From: Azolla caroliniana
Taxonomy: Eukaryota; Plantae; Polypodiophyta
Direction: 5' to 3'
Assembly: GCA_043228905.1 (NCBI GenBank)
Contig: JBHGNT010000829.1
Coordinates: 1-14,920, forward strand
DNA length: 14,920 bases
Below the pieces are notes generated by a model that searched no databases, was not told the origin of the DNA, and saw only the letters and a program-made list of their open reading frames with translations. The position numbers and the translations under genes were made by a program. Below, one piece after another: positions 1 to 8,914 of this stretch (position 1 is the first letter of the stretch; each line of letters begins with the position of its first letter).

Positions 1-188
1 AATATTTGTGTTCAAACATGCGAATCGAAGCTAACAACGCTAGCTATGATATGGAATTAAAAAATCAAGATTTTGAAACTCAGGTCGAGAGACATGACGA
101 AATTACCAAATTTGAGGAGTGAGTTGAGAGCAGCCCTTGAGTAAATGAAAATGTTCATACCTGGCTCGTATCATATCGGATTTTTGTG

Positions 189-1791
189 TTCAAACATGCG
201 AATCGAAGCTAACAACGCTAGCTATGATATGGAATTAAAAAATCAAGATTTTGAAACTCAGGTCGAGAAGACATGATGAAATTACCAAATTTGAGGAGTG
301 AGTTGAGAAGAGCTAGGAGGTAAATTAAAATGTTCATACCTGGCTCGTGTGATATCGGATTTTTGTGTTCAAACATGCGAATCGAAGCTAACAACGCTAG
401 CTATAATATGAAATTAAAAAATCAAGATTTTGAAACTCAGGTCGAGAGACATGACGAAATTACCAAATTTGAGGAGTGACTTGAGAGGAGCCCTTGAGTA
501 ATTGAAAATGTTCATACCTGGCTCGTGTAATATCGGATTTTTGTGTTCAAACATGCGAATCGAAGCTAACAACGCTAGTTATGATATGGAATCAAAAAAT
601 CAAGATTTTGAAACTCAGGTCGAGAGACATGACGAAATTACCAAATTTGAGGAGTGAGTTGAGAGGAGCCCTTGAGTAAATGAAAATGTTCATACCTGGC
701 TCGTGTGATATCGAATTTTTGTGTTCAAACATGCGAATCGAAGCTCACAACACTACCTATAATATGGAATTAAAAAATCAAGATTTTGAAACTCAGGTCG
801 AGAGACATGACGAAATTACCAAATTTGAGGAGTGACATGAGAGGAGCCCTTGATTAAATGAAAATGTTCATACCTGGCTCGTGTAATATCGGATTTTTGT
901 GTTCAAACATGCGAATCGAAGCTAACAACGCTAGCTATGATATGGAATTAAAAAACCAAGATTTTGAAACTCAGGTCGAGAGACATGACGAAATTACCAA
1001 ATTTGAGGAGTGAGTTGAGAGGAGCCCTTGAGTAAATTAAAATGTTCATACCTGTCTCGTATTATATCGGATTTTTGTGTTCAAACATGGGAATCGAAGC
1101 TAACAACGCTAGCTATGATATGGAATTAAAAAATCAAGATTTTGAAACTCAGGTTGAGAGACATGACGAAATTACTAAATTTGAGGAGTGACTTGAGAGG
1201 AGCCCTTGAGTAAATGAAAATGTTCATACCTGGCTCGTGTAATATCGGATTTTTGTGTTCAAACATGCGAATCGAAGCTAACAACGCTAGCTATGATATG
1301 GAATTAAAAAATCAAGATTTTGACACTCAGATCGCGAGACATGAAGAAATTACCAAATTTGAGGAGTGAGTTGAGAAGAGCTAGGAGGTAAATTAAAATG
1401 TTCATATCTGGATCGTGTGATATCGAATATTTGTGTTCAAACATGCGAATCGAAGCTAACAACGCTAGCTATGATATGGAATTAAAAAATCAAGATTTTG
1501 AAACTCAGGTCGAGAGACATGACGAAATTACCAAATTTGAGGAGTGAGTTGAGAGCAGCCCTTGAGTAAATTAAAATATACATACCTGGCTCGTATCATA
1601 TCGGATTTTTGTGTTCAAACATGGGAATCGAAGCTAACAACGCTAGCTATGATATGGAATTAAAAAATCAAGATTTTGAAACTCAGATCGAGAGACATGA
1701 CGAAATTACCAAATTTGAGGAGTGAGTTGAGAAGAGCTAGGAGGTAAATTAAAATGTTCATACCTGGATCGTGTGATATCGAATTTTTGTG
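189..1791. repeat. Partial, internally deleted HOR copy (monomer types I-P-Q-R/U-V-W-X-Y-Z; letters are my own labels)
   Basis: The same diagnostic variants occur in the same order as in the full HOR: AAAAAACCAAG+CCTGTCTCGTATTAT (V), CAGGTTGAG+ATTACTAAAT (W), GATCGCGAG+CATATCTGGATC (X), GAGAGCAGCCC (Y). The S-type monomers are missing. Confidence 0.85.
330..479 (+). other. Representative copy of a 49-codon open reading frame embedded in nearly every monomer (coding status unsupported)
   Basis: ATG at 330 to TGA at 477-479 translates as MFIPGSCDIGFLCSNMRIEANNASYNMKLKNQDFETQVERHDEITKFEE, with AGGAGGT at 315-321. The frame is seen directly. The confidence value refers to it being a real gene. 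Confidence 0.12.
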
Positions 1792-2681
1792 TTCAAACAT
1801 CCGAATCGAAGCTAACAACGCCAGCTATGATATGGAATTAAAAAATCAAGATTTTGAAACTCAGGTCGAGAGACATGACGGAATTACCAAATTTGAGGAG
1901 TCAGTTGGGAGGAGCCCTTGAGTAAATTAAAATGTTCATACCTGGCTCGTATCATATCGGATTTTTGTGTTCAAACATGCGAATCGAAGCTAACAACGCT
2001 AGCTATGATATGGAATTAAAAAATCAAGATTTTGACACTCAGATCGAGAGACATGACGAAATTACCAAATTTGAGCAGTTTGTTGAGAAGAGCTAGGAGT
2101 TAAATTAAAATGTTCATACCTGGATCGTGTGATATCGAATATTTGCGTTCAAACATGCGAATCGAAGCTAACAACGCTAGCTATGATATGGAATTAAAAA
2201 ATCAAGATTTTGAAACGCAGGTCGAGAAACATGAAGAAATTACCAAATTTGAGGAGTGAGTTGAGAAGAGCTAGGAGGTAAATTAAAATGGTCATACCTG
2301 GCTCGTGTGATATCGAATTTTTGTGTTCAAACATGCGAATCGAAGCTAACAACGCTAGCTATAATATGGAATTAAAAAATCAAGATTTTGAAACTCAGGT
2401 CGAGAGACATGACGAAATTACCAAATTTGAGGAGTGACTTGAGAGGAGCCCTTGAGTAATTGAAAATGTTCATACCTGGCTCGTGTAATATCGGATTTTT
2501 GTATTCAAACATGCGAATCGAAGCTAACAACGCTAGTTATGATATGGAATCAAAAAATCAAGATTTTGAAACTCAGGTTGAGAGACATGACGAAATTACC
2601 AAATTTGAGAAGTGAGTTGAGAGGAGCCCTTGAGTAAATGAAAATGTTCATACCTGGCTCGTGTAATATCGGATTTTTGTG

Positions 2682-4819
2682 TTCAAATATGCGAATCGAA
2701 GCTAACAACGCTAGCTATGATATGGAATTAAAAAATCAAGATTTTGAAACTCAGATCGAGAGACATGACGAAATTACCAAATTTGAGGAGTGAGTTGAGA
2801 AGAGCTAGGAGGTAAATTAAAATGTTCATATCTGGATCGTGTGATATCGAATATTTGTGTTCAAACATGCGAATCGAAGCTAACAACGCTAGCTATGATA
2901 TGGAATTAAAAAATCAAGATTTTGAAACTCAGGTCGAGAGACATGACGAAATTACCAAATTTGAGGAGTGAGTTGAGAGCAGCCCTTGAGTAAATTAAAA
3001 TATTCATACCTGGCTCGTATCATATCGGATTTTTGTGTTCAAACATGGGAATCGAAGCTAACAACGCTAGCTATGATATGGAATTAAAAAATCAAGATTT
3101 TGAAACTCAGATCGAGAGACATGACGAAATTACCAAATTTGAGGGGTGAGTTGAGAAGAGCTAGGAGGTAAATTAAAATGTTCATACCTGGATCGTGTGA
3201 TATCGAATATTTGTGTTCAAACATGCGAATCGAAGCTAACAACGCTAGCTATGATATGCAATTAAAAAATCAAGATTTTGAAACTCAGGTCGAGAGACAT
3301 GACGAAATTACCAAATTTGAGGAGTGAGTTGAGAAGAGCTAGAAGGTAAATTAAAATGTTCATACCTGGCTCGTATCGTATCGGATTTTTGTGTTCAAAC
3401 ATGCGAATCGAAGCTAACAACGCTAGCTATAATATGAAATTAAAAAATCAAGATTTTGAAACTCAGGTCGAGAGACATGACGAAATTACCAAATTTGAGG
3501 AGTGAGTTGAGAGGAGCCCTTGAGTAAATGAAAATGTTCATACCTGGCTCGTATCATATCGGATTTTTGTGTTCAAACATGCGAATCGAAGCTAACAACG
3601 CTAGCTATGATATGGAATCAAAAAATCAAGATTTTGAAACTCAGGTCGAGAAGACATGATGAAATTACCAAATTTGAGGAGTGAGTTGAGAAGAGCTAGG
3701 AGGTAAATTAAAATGTTCATACCTGGCTCGTGTGATATCGGATTTTTGTGTTCAAACATCCGAATCGAAGCTAACAACGCCAGCTATGATATGGAATTAA
3801 AAAATCAAGATTTTGAAACTCAGGTCGAGAGACATGACGGAATTACCAAATTTAAGGAGTCAGTTGGGAAGAGCCCTTGAGTAAATTAAAATGTTCATAC
3901 CTGGCTCGTATCATATCGGATTTTTGTGTTCAAACATGCGAATCGAAGCTAACAACGCTAGCTATGATGTGGAATTAAAAAATCAAGATTTTGACACTCA
4001 GATCGAGAGACATGACGAAATTACCAAATTTGAGCAGTTAGTTGAGAAGAGCTAGAAGGTAAATTAAAATGTTCACACCTGGGTCGTGTGATATCGAATA
4101 TTTGTGTTCAAACATGCGAATCGAAGCTAACAACGCTAGCTATAATATGAAATTAAAAAATCAAGATTTTGAAACTCAGGTCGAGAGACATGACGAAATT
4201 ACCAAATTTGAGGAGTGAGTTGAGAGGAGCCCTTGAGTAAATGAAAATGTTCATACCTGGCTCGTATCATATCGGATTTTTGTGTTCAAACATGCGAATC
4301 GAAGCTAACAACGCTAGCTATGATATGGAATTAAAAAATCAAGATTTTGAAACTCAGGTCGAGAAGACATGATGAAATTACCAAATTTGAGGAGTGAGTT
4401 GAGAAGAGCTAGGAGGTAAATTAAAATGTTCATACCTGGCTCGTGTGATATCGGATTTTTGTGTTCAAACATGCGAATCGAAGCTAACAACGCTAGCTAT
4501 AATATGAAATTAAAAAATCAAGATTTTGAAACTCAGGTCGAGAGACATGACGAAATTACCAAATTTGAGGAGTGACTTGAGAGGAGCCCTTGAGTAATTG
4601 AAAATGTTCATACCTGGCTCGTGTAATATCGGATTTTTGTGTTCAAACATGCGAATCGAAGCTAACAACGCTAGTTATGATATGGAATCAAAAAATCAAG
4701 ATTTTGAAACTCAGGTCGAGAGACATGACGAAATTACCAAATTTGAGGAGTGAGTTGAGAGGAGCCCTTGAGTAAATGAAAATGTTCATACCTGGCTCGT
4801 GTGATATCGAATTTTTGTG
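2682..4819. repeat. Partial, reshuffled HOR copy (X'-Y-Z-A-B-I-J-K then B-I-P-Q)
   Basis: Ordered markers: GAGAGCAGCCC (Y), ATGCAATT (A), 179-bp GAGAAGACATGATG (I, 3651), CATCCG/CGCCAGC/GACGGA (J), GATGTGG+TTGACACT (K), then a second I at 4364. Confidence 0.8.
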
Positions 4820-7800
4820 TTCAAACATGCGAATCGAAGCTCACAACACTACCTATAATATGGAATTAAAAAATCAAGATTTTGAAACTCAGGTCGAGAG
4901 ACATGACGAAATTACCAAATTTGAGCAGTTAGTTGAGAAGAGCTAGAATGTAAATTAAAATGTTCACACCTGGGTCGTGTGATATCGAATATTTGTGTTC
5001 AAACATGCGAATCGAAGCTAACAACGCTAGCTATGATATGGAATTAAGAAATCAAGATTTCGACACTCAGGTCGAGAGACATGACGAAATTACCAAATTT
5101 GAGCAGTTATTTGAGAAGAGCTAGAAGGTAAATTAAAATGTTCACACCTGGGTTGTGTGATATCGAATATTTGTGTTCAAACATGCGAATCGAAGCTAAC
5201 AACGCTAGCTATGATATGGAATTAAGAAATCAAGATTTCGACACTCAGGTCGAGAGACATGACGAAATTACCAAATTTGAGCAGTTATTTGAGAAGAGCT
5301 AGAAGGTAAATTAAAATGTTCACACCTGGGTCGTGTGATATCGAATATTTGTGTTCAAACATGCGAATCGAAGCTAACAACGCTAGCCATGATATGGAAT
5401 TAAAAAATCAAGATTTTGAAACTCAGGTCGAGAGACATGACGAAATTACCAAATTTGAGGAGTGACATGAGAGGAGCCCTTGATTAAATGAAAATGTTCA
5501 TACCTGGCTCGTGTAATATCGGATTTTTGTGTTCAAACATGCGAATCGAAGCTAACAACGCTAGCTATGATATGGAATTAAAAAACCAAGATTTTGAAAC
5601 TCAGGTCGAGAGACATGACGAAATTACCAAATTTGAGGAGTGAGTTGAGAGGAGCCCTTCCGTAAATTAAAATGTTCATACCTGTCTCGTATTATATCGG
5701 ATTTTTGTGTTCAAACATGGGAATCGAAGCTAACAACGCTAGCTATGATATGGAATTAAAAAATCAAGATTTTGAAACTCAGGTTGAGAGACATGACGAA
5801 ATTACTAAATTTGAGGAGTGACTTGAGAGGAGCCCTTGAGTAAATGAAAATGTTCATACCTGGCTCGTGTAATATCGGATTTTTGTGTTCAAACATGCGA
5901 ATCGAAGCTAACAACGCTAGCTATGATATGGAATTAAAAAATCAAGATTTTGAAACTCAGATCGCGAGACATGAAGAAATTACCAAATTTGAGGAGTGAG
6001 TTGAGAAGAGCTAGGAGGTAAATTAAAATGTTCATATCTGGATCGTGTGATATCGAATATTTGTGTTCAAACATGCGAATCGAAGCTAACAACGCTAGCT
6101 ATGATATGGAATTAAAAAATCAAGATTTTGAAACTCAGGTCGAGAGACATGACGAAATTACCAAATTTGAGGAGTGAGTTGAGAGCAGCCCTTGAGTAAA
6201 TTAAAATATTCATACCTGGCTCGTATCATATCGGATTTTTGTGTTCAAACATGGGAATCGAAGCTAACAACGCTAGCTATGATATGGAATTAAAAAATCA
6301 AGATTTTGAAACTCAGATCGAGAGACATGACGAAATTACCAAATTTGAGGAGTGAGTTGAGAAGAGCTAGGAGGTAAATTAAAATGTTCATACCTGGATC
6401 GTGTGATATCGAATATTTGTGTTCAAACATGCGAATCGAAGCTAACAACGCTAGCTATGATATGCAATTAAAAAATCAAGATTTTGAAACTCAGGTCGAG
6501 AGACATGACGAAATTACCAAATTTGAGGAGTGAGTTGAGAAGAGCTAGAAGGTAAATTAAAATGTTCATACCTGGCTCGTATCATATCGGATTTTTGTGT
6601 TCAAACATGCGAATCGAAGCTAACAACGCTAGCTATAATATGAAATTAAAAAATCAAGATTTTGAAACTCAGGTCGAGAGACATGACGAAATTACCAAAT
6701 TTGAGGAGTGAGTTGAGAGGAGCCCTTGAGTAAATGAAAATGTTCATACCTGGCTCGTATCATATCGGATTTTTGTGTTCAAACATGCGAATCGAAGCTA
6801 ACAACGCTAGCTATAATATGAAATTAAAAAATCAAGATTTTGAAACTCAGGTCGAGAGACATGACGAAATTACCAAATTTGAGGAGTGAGTTGAGAGGAG
6901 CCCTTGAGTAAATGAAAATGTTCATACCTGGCTCGTATCATATCGGATTTTTGTGTTCAAACATGCGAATCGAAGCTAACAACGCTAGCTATGATATGGA
7001 ATTAAAAAATCAAGATTTTGAAACTCAGGTCGAGAAGACATGATGAAATTACCAAATTTGAGGAGTGAGTTGAGAAGAGCTAGGAGGTAAATTAAAATGT
7101 TCATACCTGGCTCGTGTGACATCGGATTTTTGTGTTCAAACATCCGAATCGAAGCTAACAACGCCAGCTATGATATGGAATTAAAAAATCAAGATTTTGA
7201 AACTCAGGTCGAGAGACATGACGGAATTACCAAATTTGAGGAGTCAGTTGGGAAGAGCCCTTGAGTAAATTAAAATGTTCATACCTGGCTCGTATCATAT
7301 CGGATTTTTGTGTTCAAACATGCGAATCGAAGCTAACAACGCTAGCTATGATGTGGAATTAAAAAATCAAGATTTTGACACTCAGATCGAGAGACATGAC
7401 GAAATTACCAAATTTGAGCAGTTAGTTGAGAAGAGCTAGAAGGTAAATTAAAATGTTCACACCTGGGTCGTGTGATATCGAATATTTGTGTTCAAACATG
7501 CGAATCGAAGCTAACAACGCTAGCTATGATATACAATTAAAAAATCAAGATTTTGAAACTCAGGTCGAGAGACATGACGAAATTACCAAATTTGAGGAGT
7601 GAGTTGAGAAGAGCTAGGAGGTAAATTAAAATGTTCATACCTAGCTCGTATCATATCGGATTTTTGTGTTCAAACATGGGAATCGAAGCTAACAACGCTA
7701 GCTATGATATGAAATTAAAAAATCAAGATTTTGAAACTCAGATCGAGAGACATGACGAAATTACGAAATTTGAGGAGTGAGTTGAGAAGAGCTAGGAGGT

Positions 7801-8202
7801 AAATTAAAATGTTCATACCTGGCTCGTGTGATATCGAATTTTTGTGTTCAAACATGCGAATCGAAGCTAACAACGCTAGCTATAATATGAAATTAAAAAA
7901 TCAAGATTTTGAAACTCAGGTCGAGAGACATGACGAAATTACCAAATTTGAGGAGTGACTTGAGAGGAGCCCTTGAGTAATTGAAAATGTTCATACCTGG
8001 CTCGTGTAATATCGGATTTTTGTGTTCAAACATGCGAATCGAAGCTAACAACGCTAGTTATGATATGGAATCAAAAAATCAAGATTTCGAAACTCAGGTC
8101 GAGAGACATGACGAAATTACCAAATTTGAGGAGTGAGTTGAGAGGAGCCCTTGAGTAAATGAAAATGTTCATACCTGGCTCGTGTGATATCGAATTTTTG
8201 TG
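4820..8202. repeat. Higher-order repeat, full copy 1: 19 monomers, 3,383 bp (R-S-S-U-V-W-X-Y-Z-A-B-B-I-J-K-L-M-P-Q)
   Basis: The monomer variant order is repeated exactly at +4095 bp. The R marker CTCACAACACTACC at 4840 next recurs at 8223 (3,383 bp = 19x178+1). Confidence 0.93.
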
Positions 8203-8914
8203 TTCAAACATGCGAATTGAAGCTCACAACACTACCTATAATATGGAATTAAAAAATCAAGATTTTGAAACTCAGGTCGAGAGACATGACGAAATTACCA
8301 AATTTGAGCAGTTAGTTGAGAAGAGCTAGAATGTAAATTAAAATGTTCACACCTGGGTCGTGTGATATCGAATATTTGTGTTCAAACATGCGAATCGAAG
8401 CTAACAACGCTAGCTATGATATGGAATTAAGAAATCAAGATTTCGACACTCAGGTCGAGAGACATGACGAAATTACCAAATTTGAGCAGTTATTTGAGAA
8501 GAGCTAGAAGGTAAATTAAAATGTTCACACCTGGGTCGTGTGATATCGAATATTTGTGTTCAAACATGCGAATCGAAGCTAACAACGCTAGCCATGATAT
8601 GGAATTAAAAAATCAAGATTTTGAAACTCAGGTCGAGAGACATGACGAAATTACCAAATTTGAGGAGTGACATGAGAGGAGCCCTTGATTAAATGAAAAT
8701 GTTCATACCTGGCTCGTGTAATATCGGATTTTTGTGTTCAAACATGCGAATCGAAGCTAACAACGCTAGCTATGATATGGAATTAAAAAACCAAGATTTT
8801 GAAACTCAGGTCGAGAGACATGACGAAATTACCAAATTTGAGGAGTGAGTTGAGAGGAGCCCTTGAGTAAATGAAAATGTTCATACCTGGCTCGTGTGAT
8901 ATCGAATTTTTGTG
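8203..8914. repeat. Truncated 4-monomer HOR variant (R-S-U-V/Q chimera) between the two full copies
   Basis: R markers at 8223 and 8935 are 712 bp (4x178) apart. There is a single S, and the last monomer has a V-type left part (AAAAAACCAAG, 8791) and a Q-type right part (GTAAATG...GTGATATCGAATTTT). Confidence 0.88.

Noticed and set aside
169-229. TATCATA/TATGATA inverted repeat in ATCAT-type monomers
   Set aside because: Only 7 bp, AT-rich and with a long loop; expected by chance.
402-1325. Sigma70-like TATAAT (402) and TTGACA (1320) hexamers in some alleles
   Set aside because: They are single-base variants of the consensus and are never paired at 16-18 bp spacing in the right order.
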